A stretch of 38,887 bases of DNA from an uncultured Methanosarcinales archaeon (lineage in GTDB: Archaea; Nanobdellota; Nanobdellia; Woesearchaeales; CAYZNE01). The notes beneath the pieces were generated by a model. That model was not told where the DNA came from and ran no database searches. It worked only from the letters and a program-made list of their open reading frames with translations. Below are positions 10,052-21,567 of the stretch, piece after piece. The DNA lies in assembly GCA_964405295.1 (NCBI GenBank), contig CAYONI010000006.1:1-38887 (forward strand), in the 5' to 3' direction. Position 1 is the stretch's first letter. Every line of letters begins with the position of its first letter. Made by a program: the position numbers and the translations under genes.

Positions 10052-10079
10052 GTTTATTGTTACATGTTTATTGTTACAT
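10052..10079. repeat. Perfect 14-bp tandem duplication GTTTATTGTTACAT x2
   Basis: Copies at 10052-10065 and 10066-10079. Confidence 0.8.
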
Positions 10080-10090
10080 TAATTAGTCAC

Positions 10091-10164
10091 AGGCTGTTAG
10101 CTCAGTTCGGCAGAGCATCCGCCTTTTAAGCGGAGGGTCGCGGGTTCAAATCCCGTACAGCCTA
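10091..10164 (+). tRNA. tRNA-Lys (TTT)
   Basis: Acceptor AGGCTGT/ACAGCCT; anticodon arm TCCGC-ct TTT aa-GCGGA; GGTTCAAATCC; CCA not encoded. Confidence 0.97.
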
Positions 10165-10183
10165 TAAATTAAAACTTGGACAA

Positions 10184-10280
10184 GGTTCCTGTAGTGCAGA
10201 AAATTTCAATTCAAACAAAAATCAAGGATTTTTGGTGCACCAAAAAATAATCAATTTTTTGATTGTTTGCACACGGATCC
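10184..10280 (+). repeat. Multi-hairpin palindromic element upstream of rpoH
   Basis: Two 8-bp hairpins joined by GTGCAC (an 18-bp perfect palindrome at 10229-10246), enclosed by an outer stem. Confidence 0.6.
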
Positions 10281-10334
10281 AGTAGAGCACATATTCAAAA
10301 ATTTAAAATCATTATGTAATAAGGGGATAAAAAG

Positions 10335-10700
10335 ATGGTAACTAAAAAAACAACTAAAACTTCTAAAACTGTAAAAAAACCAACAAGAAAAGTAGTTACA
10401 CCTGTTAAAAAGAAAGCAGCACCTAAACCAAAAGTTAAAAAAATAAAAACAAAATTTGTTGAAACTTCATTTGATGTTAGAACACACATTCTAGTTCCAA
10501 AACACACACTACTTAATGAAAAAGAAAGAGAGAGATTATTCGTAAAATATAATATTACAGAAAAAGAATTACCTAAAATTCTTTTAACTGATCCGGCAAT
10601 CAGAAGTTTAAAACCAAAAACTGGAGATGTTATCAAAATTGAAAGAAAAAGCCCTACTTCAGGGAACGCAATATTCTATAGAGGGGTTATAAATGAATAA
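10335..10700 (+). CDS. rpoH: RNA polymerase subunit H (Rpo5) with Lys-rich N-terminal extension
   Basis: HILVPKH, LPKILLTDP and GDVIKIERKSPTSG motifs; first gene of the RNAP operon. Confidence 0.95.
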   Translation: MVTKKTTKTSKTVKKPTRKVVTPVKKKAAPKPKVKKIKTKFVETSFDVRTHILVPKHTLLNEKERERLFVKYNITEKELPKILLTDPAIRSLKPKTGDVIKIERKSPTSGNAIFYRGVINE

Positions 10701-12198
10701 GCCAGAACTTGATAATAAAGTCATAATAAAGAATTATTTTAAGGAAAAAGGGTTTGTTGAATTTGATCTTGAGTCTTTTAATAATTTCATAGACAACGAG
10801 CTTCAACAAATAATTGAGGAAAACAAAGAGGTTGAACCAACAATTGTACCCCCAAATGTGGACGAATTCAAAATTCGTTTGGATAAGATTTGGGTTGAAA
10901 AACCTCAAATTATTGAGGCTGATGGATCAAGAAGAGAAATTTTTCCTGTTGAAGCAAGACTAAGAAATTTAACATATGACGCACCAATTCTTCTTGAAGT
11001 TAGTTCACATATAAACGGCATACAGAGAGAAAGTTTCAAAATTCAAATTGGTAAATTACCAATCATGTTAAGATCAAAAAATTGTAATTTATATGGATTA
11101 TCAAGAGAAAAAATGATTGAACAAGGTGAAGATCCTGACGATCCAGGAGGATACTTTATAATTAATGGTTCTGAAAAAACAATCATTAAAGTAGAAGATC
11201 TTGCACCAAACAGAATGCTAATCTCAAAGGAAAAACTTGGAGTTTCTAAATATGTTGGTAAAGTTTTTAGTGAAGCAGGATCATATAAAATTCCACACGT
11301 TTTTGAAAAATTAAAAGATGGAATCTTTTACTTAACTTTTACAAGAGTTAAAAGAGTTCCAGTTATTGCAATTATTAAAGCGTTAGGCATGTTAAAAGAT
11401 GAAGAAATAATGAAAGCTATTGACTTAGGAGAAGATCCAAATGTTTTCATAAACCTTTTCGAATGTGTTGACTTAAAAACAAAAGAGGACACTCTTGATT
11501 ATATCGCAAAGAAAATCGGTATTTCACAATCAAAAGAAATTCGAGTAGAAAGAACAAATGATATACTTAACAAATATCTTTTCCCTAATTTAGGAATTGG
11601 AGATGATAAGGCATTATTTAAAGCAGAAAATATTTGTAAAATGCTTAAGAAGTTTATTCTTGTTTCAAACGGAACAATAGAAACAGACGACAAAGATCAC
11701 TATATGAATAAAAGATTAAAATTAAGCAGTGATTCTCTTGCAGATTTATTAAGAGTTAATATAAAAGTCTTAATTGGAGATATGTTATATAACTTTCAAA
11801 GAATTGTAAAGAGAGGAAAATTCCCAAGCATAAGAGTTATTATAAGAGAAAAATTACTAACTCAAAGAATACAAAGTGCAATGGCAACAGGTAATTGGAT
11901 TGGTGGAAGAAAAGGTATTTCTCAAAGGATTGAGAGATTAAATTTTATACAAACAATTTCACATCTACAAAGAGTTGTTAGTCCTCTTAGTTCAAGTCAA
12001 GAGAACTTCGAGGCAAGAGCATTACATTGTACACACCTTGGAAGAATTTGTACGAGTGAAACTCCTGAAGGTTCAAATATTGGATTAAGAAAAAACCTTG
12101 CATTATTATGTAGCGTAAGCCAAGGAGCAAATCAAAAAGAAATAATTGAAAAACTTATCGAGCTAGGGCTTGAGAAGAATAAAAATTTAAGTTTATGA
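10693..12198 (+). CDS. rpoB2: RNA polymerase subunit B'' (Rpo2N)
   Basis: EARLRNLTY, DPGGYFIINGSE and ETPEGSNIGL motifs. Confidence 0.96.
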   Translation: MNKPELDNKVIIKNYFKEKGFVEFDLESFNNFIDNELQQIIEENKEVEPTIVPPNVDEFKIRLDKIWVEKPQIIEADGSRREIFPVEARLRNLTYDAPILLEVSSHINGIQRESFKIQIGKLPIMLRSKNCNLYGLSREKMIEQGEDPDDPGGYFIINGSEKTIIKVEDLAPNRMLISKEKLGVSKYVGKVFSEAGSYKIPHVFEKLKDGIFYLTFTRVKRVPVIAIIKALGMLKDEEIMKAIDLGEDPNVFINLFECVDLKTKEDTLDYIAKKIGISQSKEIRVERTNDILNKYLFPNLGIGDDKALFKAENICKMLKKFILVSNGTIETDDKDHYMNKRLKLSSDSLADLLRVNIKVLIGDMLYNFQRIVKRGKFPSIRVIIREKLLTQRIQSAMATGNWIGGRKGISQRIERLNFIQTISHLQRVVSPLSSSQENFEARALHCTHLGRICTSETPEGSNIGLRKNLALLCSVSQGANQKEIIEKLIELGLEKNKNLSL

Positions 12199-12208
12199 GG
12201 TTAATAAA

Positions 12209-14011
12209 ATGACTGATGTTTTCATTGATAGTAAATTTATTGGAAAAATTCCTAATGCAAAAGATTTTGTTGATAAATTCCAATCTGAAAGAAGAATAGG
12301 AAAAGTTGACAAAGGTGTTAGTATTTATATTAACGAAGAACTAGATCAAGTTTCAGTTGAAACTTCCAAAGGAAGAGCAATAAGACCACTTATTGTTGTG
12401 AAAGATGGAAAATCTTTGTTAACAAATAGACACCTTGAACAATTAGAAAAAAACGAACTAGTTTTTACTGATCTTATTAAACAGGGAGTTATTGAATATC
12501 TTGACTCTGCAGAAGAAGAAAATACACTTGTTGCATTTAATGAAGAAGAAATTACACCAGAGCACACACATCTTGAAATAGATCCTATAGATATATTAGG
12601 TGTTGTTGCGAATTTAGTTCCTTTCGGACATAATATTCAAGGAGTAAGATTCTCACAGGGTTCCAAAAACCAAAAACAAAGTATTGGATTCTACACTGCA
12701 AACTATCTTAATAGAATGGATATGGATGTTAATATATTACACACTCCACAAATACCAATCGTTTCAACATTAATGTACGATGTTTCTGAATATCACAAAC
12801 ACCCATCTGGACAAAATTTAACTGTTGCAGTTCTTTCATATGAAGGATATAACATGGAAGACGCAATCATATTAAATGAAGGTTCAATAAATAGAGGTCT
12901 TTGTAGATCAACATATTATCGACCTGCAATTGCTGAAGAACTAAGATACAGCGGTGGACTTGTTGATCAAATAGGAATACCTGATAAAGAAGTTAAGGGA
13001 TATAAATCAGAACAAGATTATAGATTACTTGAAGATGACGGAATTATTTATGCTGAAGCAAAAGTAAAAGAAGAAGATGTTATTGTTGGAAGAACAAGCC
13101 CACCAAGATTTCTGAGTGGAGCAGATGAATACAATCTTACAACTAACATGACAAGAGAGTCTAGTGTTGCTATGAAGTATGGAGAAAAAGGAATTATCGA
13201 TTTTGTTGTAATTACAGAAAATACTGAAGGTAACAAACTAGTTCAGGTTAGATTAAGAGACCAAAGAATTCCTGAAATCGGGGATAAATTTACTTCAAGA
13301 CATGGACAAAAAGGAGTAATTGGTTTAATTGTTCCTGAAGCAGATATGCCATTCAGTGAATCTGGAATAACTCCCGATTTGTTATTTAGTCCAGAAAGCG
13401 TTCCTACTCGTATGACCGTATCTCATCTTATAGAAATATTAGGTGGTAAAGTTGGCGGAATGAATGGAAGAAGAATTAATGGAACAACTTTTAGTTCAGA
13501 AAGCGAAAAAGAGCTTAGAGATGAAATGAAAAAACTTGGTTTCCGAGAAGATGGTACAGAAATAATGTATGATGGAAGAACAGGCAAAAGATTTCAAGCA
13601 AGAATTTTCGTTGGAAACATTTACTATCTTAAATTAAAACATCAAGTTGCAAATAGAATACAAAGTAGAGCAAGAGGACCAATCCAGCTTCTAACTAGAC
13701 AACCTACTGAAGGAAGAGCTAAGGAAGGGGGATTAAGATTAGGAGAAATGGAGAAAGATACTTTTGTTGCACATGGTGCATCAATGCTTCTAAAAGAAAG
13801 ATTCAACAGTGATTCAACACTTGTTCCAATTTGTGAAAAATGCGGAGCAATTGCAATTCATGATAGCAGAAAAGATAGGTCATACTGCCAACTTTGTGGA
13901 GAAAACACAAAAATCTCAAATGTGGAAATAAGTTATGCGTTTAAGTTATTTTTAGATGAAACTAGAAGTTTATTACTAAATCCTATGATGAGATTAAAAA
14001 CTAAATATTAG
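12209..14011 (+). CDS. rpoB1: RNA polymerase subunit B' (Rpo2C)
   Basis: GYNMEDA, GDKFTSRHGQKG and GGLRLGEME motifs; C-terminal zinc finger. Confidence 0.96.
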   Translation: MTDVFIDSKFIGKIPNAKDFVDKFQSERRIGKVDKGVSIYINEELDQVSVETSKGRAIRPLIVVKDGKSLLTNRHLEQLEKNELVFTDLIKQGVIEYLDSAEEENTLVAFNEEEITPEHTHLEIDPIDILGVVANLVPFGHNIQGVRFSQGSKNQKQSIGFYTANYLNRMDMDVNILHTPQIPIVSTLMYDVSEYHKHPSGQNLTVAVLSYEGYNMEDAIILNEGSINRGLCRSTYYRPAIAEELRYSGGLVDQIGIPDKEVKGYKSEQDYRLLEDDGIIYAEAKVKEEDVIVGRTSPPRFLSGADEYNLTTNMTRESSVAMKYGEKGIIDFVVITENTEGNKLVQVRLRDQRIPEIGDKFTSRHGQKGVIGLIVPEADMPFSESGITPDLLFSPESVPTRMTVSHLIEILGGKVGGMNGRRINGTTFSSESEKELRDEMKKLGFREDGTEIMYDGRTGKRFQARIFVGNIYYLKLKHQVANRIQSRARGPIQLLTRQPTEGRAKEGGLRLGEMEKDTFVAHGASMLLKERFNSDSTLVPICEKCGAIAIHDSRKDRSYCQLCGENTKISNVEISYAFKLFLDETRSLLLNPMMRLKTKY

Positions 14012-14024
14012 ACAAGGTGTTACA

Positions 14025-17773
<3,749 letters not shown>

Positions 17774-17808
17774 CTGTTTGAGAAGGTTAAAACTGGAGGT
17801 AAACAAAA

Positions 17809-18063
17809 ATGCAAGAAATAAGGAATATTTTAGAAAAAGGAAAGGGGATTATTGGTTCTAAAGTTATTATCAAAAAACTTAACCAAAAACTTATCTCAAA
17901 AATATTTATTGCAAAAAACTGCAAAGAAGAAATTAAAAATGATATTGAGAAATTGGCAAGAATCTCAGAAGTTGAGGTAGTAAACCTTGATATAAAAAAT
18001 GAGGAACTTGGAATACTTTGTAGAAAACCATTTAATATTTCTGTTGTAGGAGCTTTAAAATAA
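17809..18063 (+). CDS. rpl30e: Ribosomal protein L30e
   Basis: IIGSK, IAKNC and ELGILCRKPF motifs; canonical operon position. Confidence 0.9.
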   Translation: MQEIRNILEKGKGIIGSKVIIKKLNQKLISKIFIAKNCKEEIKNDIEKLARISEVEVVNLDIKNEELGILCRKPFNISVVGALK

Positions 18064-18067
18064 TAAA

Positions 18068-18484
18068 ATGGGGATTGTCTATGATGTTAAAGCCATTCAA
18101 ATAAGAGCACTGTTTGAGAGCATAACAAGAACAACTCTTAAAGATTGTTTTGAAAATCAGGATAAAATGCTATTCATAGTAATGCCTGGCCAAATCAGAA
18201 AAGCTATTGGCAAAGATAAAAACAATATAAAAAGAGTTGAATCAAAAATTGGACAAAAGATAAAAATTATTGAATATAGTCCTAATGCTCTTGATTTTGT
18301 AGTTAAAATCATTTTTCCATTACACGTAAATGACATCTCTTTGGAAGAAGGAATTATCACAATTAAGGGCAGAGATAAAAAAACTAATGGATTGATTATT
18401 GGTTCAAGAGCACAAAATCTTAGGAATACTGAATCAATTGTGCAAAAATATTTCCCTGAAGTTAAAGAAATTAAAGTAGTATAA
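18068..18484 (+). CDS. nusA: Archaeal NusA (KH-domain)
   Basis: KAIGK..NIK and IIGSRAQNL KH-like motifs; position between rpl30e and rps12. Confidence 0.9.
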   Translation: MGIVYDVKAIQIRALFESITRTTLKDCFENQDKMLFIVMPGQIRKAIGKDKNNIKRVESKIGQKIKIIEYSPNALDFVVKIIFPLHVNDISLEEGIITIKGRDKKTNGLIIGSRAQNLRNTESIVQKYFPEVKEIKVV

Positions 18485-18526
18485 TAAGTTAAATTTATAA
18501 ATAAAATCAAGTTCGTGGTGTTAAAC

Positions 18527-18964
18527 ATGGCAAAAAAAGCAAAAGGAATCAATGCAGCGAAAAAACTGCAAAAAAAGAGAAAAAAAGGTCTTTGGGCTAA
18601 CAAATGGTTTGTAAAAAAAGCTCTTAATTTAAAGATTAAGGCAGATCCGTTAAAAGGGTCTTCACAAGCTTCAGGAATAGTCCTTTCTAAAGTTCAATTA
18701 GAGGCAAAACAGCCAAATTCTGCAATGAGAAAATGTGTTAGAGTTCAGCTAGTTAAGAACGGTAAACAAGTTACTGCATTCTTACCAGGTGACGGTGCAA
18801 GTAAATTAGTTGACGAACACGATGAAGTTGTAATTGAATGTATTGGTGGAGCCATGGGTCGTTCTAAGGGTGACATTCCAGGAGTTAGATGGAGAGTTAT
18901 GAAAGTTAATGATCAGTCTCTTAATGCACTTCTACGTGGTAAACTAGAAAAAGCAAGAAAATAA
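18527..18964 (+). CDS. rps12: Ribosomal protein S12 (uS12)
   Basis: [17 protein letters not shown] and GDIPGVR motifs; start re-called at ATG 18527. Confidence 0.97.
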   Translation: MAKKAKGINAAKKLQKKRKKGLWANKWFVKKALNLKIKADPLKGSSQASGIVLSKVQLEAKQPNSAMRKCVRVQLVKNGKQVTAFLPGDGASKLVDEHDEVVIECIGGAMGRSKGDIPGVRWRVMKVNDQSLNALLRGKLEKARK

Positions 18965-18997
18965 AATTTTGTTTATATTTCTTTTTTTATTGAATGA

Positions 18998-19042
18998 CCA
19001 ATAATCTTGATTATAGTGTTTATTGAGCATTTTATTATTTTT
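18998..19042 (+). repeat. Dispersed REP-like element, copy 2 (5'-degenerate)
   Basis: CCAATAA...GTTTATTGAGCAT; shares 23 identical nt (TTATTGAGCATTTTATTATTTTT) with copy 3. Confidence 0.65.
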
Positions 19043-19098
19043 ATTTTATAAGTTAAATTTAAATAGTTGGTAGTGTTTCTATAATTTGGTGGTTTTAA

Positions 19099-19449
19099 AT
19101 GAATGATATAGTAAGGTTATATGCAAATCATGTAAACGAAGATATTTATAATGCTATTGAAAACAATAATGAAAAACTTGTTCCAATTAATGCTAAAATA
19201 GTTGGATTAGAATATCTTAATGCAGAATTAAGTGAAAAAGAAATAAAAGAAGATAAAACCCCCACGTTTGGTGTTAATTTAACCCTGGATATAGGAGGAA
19301 AAGTTGATTCTGTATTTTCTGCATATAAAGGTAAATTTACTAATAAAAATATTTTTGACGAATTTAAGTATTTAGAAAAAGGTATGCAAATTAAGGCATA
19401 TGCAAGAAACATGCTAGTTGATGCAATTGAAATTAATAAAGCAGCATAA
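19099..19449 (+). CDS. Hypothetical protein (possibly OB-fold-like)
   Basis: 116-aa ORF with upstream TATA (TTTAAATA) and GGTGG SD; beta-rich pattern. Confidence 0.6.
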   Translation: MNDIVRLYANHVNEDIYNAIENNNEKLVPINAKIVGLEYLNAELSEKEIKEDKTPTFGVNLTLDIGGKVDSVFSAYKGKFTNKNIFDEFKYLEKGMQIKAYARNMLVDAIEINKAA

Positions 19450-19499
19450 CTTTTATTTTTTTCTAAACTTTTTTAAACAACAATCGTTTCTTTATTATT

Positions 19500-20468
19500 A
19501 TGTCTAAAAGAACAAAGCCAGAGCAAAATCCTATAAGTAAAAAGCTTAAAATTAGTGAAAAGTTTGAGAAACACTATAGAGAATTACTTGGCGATAGATA
19601 CGATGAATTTATTGAATACAGTTTTTCTTATCTTAGGCGATGTGTTCGTATTAATACTCTTAAAATAGATTTTGATACGGCAGTTGAGAGATTAAAGAAG
19701 AAACTAAAACTCATACCAATTCCTTGGTGTGAAGTTGGATTTTGGGTTGAAGATAAACAAAAAGAGAGATATGATTTCGGAAACATGCTTGAGCATCAAC
19801 TAGGATACTTTTATTTACAAGAAGCAGCTTCTATGATCCCTGCAATTGTGCTTGATATTGAAGAAAAGATGAAGATTCTTGATATGTGCGCTGCACCTGG
19901 ATCAAAAACTTCTCAAATAGCACAATATATGGATAATACAGGTTTGCTTATTGCAAACGATATTAGTTCCTCTAGACTTAGAGCTCTTGGTGGAAATTTA
20001 CAAAAACTGGGTGTTTTAAATCAGGTAATTACAAATCTTAGTGGAACACACTTTCAAAAGAAACAAGAGTTTGAAAGGGTTCTTGTTGATGCACCCTGTT
20101 CTGGAACAGGAACAATAAGAAAAAGTTTTAAAGTTCTTGACATGTGGTCTCCTCGTCTCGTTAAAAAATTTTCTTATATTCAAAAAAGTCTAATTCAAGC
20201 AGGATTTAAAGCACTCAAACCAGGTGGAATCATGGTTTATTCAACTTGCACTCAGGAACCTGAAGAAAACGAAGCAGTTGTGACTTGGTTGTTAGAGAAT
20301 TTTGAGGATGCAGAATTAATGGATATTGATCTCAAAATCAATAGAAGTCCTGCATTCACCAAATGGCAAGATAAAAAGTTTCACAAAGATATTTCTAAAT
20401 GCCTAAGAATCTATCCTCAAGATAATGATTCAGAAGGATTTTTTGTTGCAAAGATTATGAAGAATTAA
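19500..20468 (+). CDS. RsmB/NOP2/NSUN family RNA m5C methyltransferase
   Basis: YLQEAASM, DMCAAPGSKT, DAPCSG and YSTCT..PEENE motifs. Confidence 0.95.
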   Translation: MSKRTKPEQNPISKKLKISEKFEKHYRELLGDRYDEFIEYSFSYLRRCVRINTLKIDFDTAVERLKKKLKLIPIPWCEVGFWVEDKQKERYDFGNMLEHQLGYFYLQEAASMIPAIVLDIEEKMKILDMCAAPGSKTSQIAQYMDNTGLLIANDISSSRLRALGGNLQKLGVLNQVITNLSGTHFQKKQEFERVLVDAPCSGTGTIRKSFKVLDMWSPRLVKKFSYIQKSLIQAGFKALKPGGIMVYSTCTQEPEENEAVVTWLLENFEDAELMDIDLKINRSPAFTKWQDKKFHKDISKCLRIYPQDNDSEGFFVAKIMKN

Positions 20469-21441
20469 TCCACATTCTCTCAAACTCCTGTGTAAAAGCA
20501 TTGGCGATTGCAGGATTATAAATTATGAAAAAGTTCTCACTGTTCTTTTTCATTCCGTTCTCAGAATAATTCATGCTACCAGTCTGCACAACACTACCAT
20601 CAATAATTATAAATTTGTGATGCATTGATCCTGGATTACTATCAAAGATAATTTCAATACCAAGATCTTGAAGAATCTTAAACTTTGAACCTTTAGTGTT
20701 TATTAGTCTCTTTTCAAGTATAATTCTAACATCAACACCCTTTTCATGAGCATTTAATATTGCAAGAAAAATATCTTCTGAAGTAAAACTAAATGCTGCA
20801 ATATCAATTGTCTTTTGTGAAGAGTTGATGAGTGCAATTAATCTTTCGATTCCTCCTGACTTACAATCTCGTGGACAAAAATAATTCTCCATAATAAAAT
20901 TATTCATTATAAAAATATTCTCAGTATTATTTACTTCTTTATCCAGAAGATAATCTATTTCATTCAAATAATTCTTTACGAGTATTTCTGATTCAATTAC
21001 AAAAAAGTTATTATTGTTTCTGCTTGTTCCAAATTTAGTTGGATTCATACTGCCTGTTAAAACAGTTTTATTATCTAAAATACAAAATTTATGGTGCATG
21101 TATGCACTTTGCTCTTTAAAATTAATATTTATGGAAACATTTTCTAAGTAATCTTTATCTTTCATCTTTTTGTCAAGTACAAGAAGGGTGTTTTTAGAAT
21201 CTAAAATCTGGATTAGATTTTCAAGATTAAGATCATAAAACGCACAGACAACTTCTTCACTATTATTAATAATATCAATCAACCCTTTTTCACAATTATT
21301 ATATTCACAAAAATAGAGTTCAATTTCTCCAGAATCTCTGTTAAGAGAATTAATAACTTGATCATAAAAAGACAAATTATCTGCAGAAACAAAAATTATC
21401 AATAAAAATCCAATTATTATGTAAATAAAGAGCTTTTTCAT
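20455..21441 (-). CDS. Secreted phospholipase D superfamily protein (Nuc-like, two HKD motifs)
   Basis: HHKFCILD...TGSMN and HHKFIIID...TGSMN; signal peptide. Confidence 0.9.
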   Translation of the reverse strand: MKKLFIYIIIGFLLIIFVSADNLSFYDQVINSLNRDSGEIELYFCEYNNCEKGLIDIINNSEEVVCAFYDLNLENLIQILDSKNTLLVLDKKMKDKDYLENVSININFKEQSAYMHHKFCILDNKTVLTGSMNPTKFGTSRNNNNFFVIESEILVKNYLNEIDYLLDKEVNNTENIFIMNNFIMENYFCPRDCKSGGIERLIALINSSQKTIDIAAFSFTSEDIFLAILNAHEKGVDVRIILEKRLINTKGSKFKILQDLGIEIIFDSNPGSMHHKFIIIDGSVVQTGSMNYSENGMKKNSENFFIIYNPAIANAFTQEFERMWINSS

Positions 21442-21567
21442 AAAATTAGAGAGCTAACAGAGGTTTATATTTTTAATTATAGCAATCTCACAAATATTGC
21501 GAGATAAAATAGAAAAAAGCAACCTTTTTAAACGAGAAACAGTAAAATTAAGGTATAGGGTGAGAAT

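Noticed and set aside
10184..10290. Third complete tRNA gene
   Set aside because: Only positions 1-15 look tRNA-like; no anticodon stem, T arm or acceptor 3' strand
10295..10636. Minus-strand ORF over rpoH
   Set aside because: Antisense shadow of a confidently identified gene
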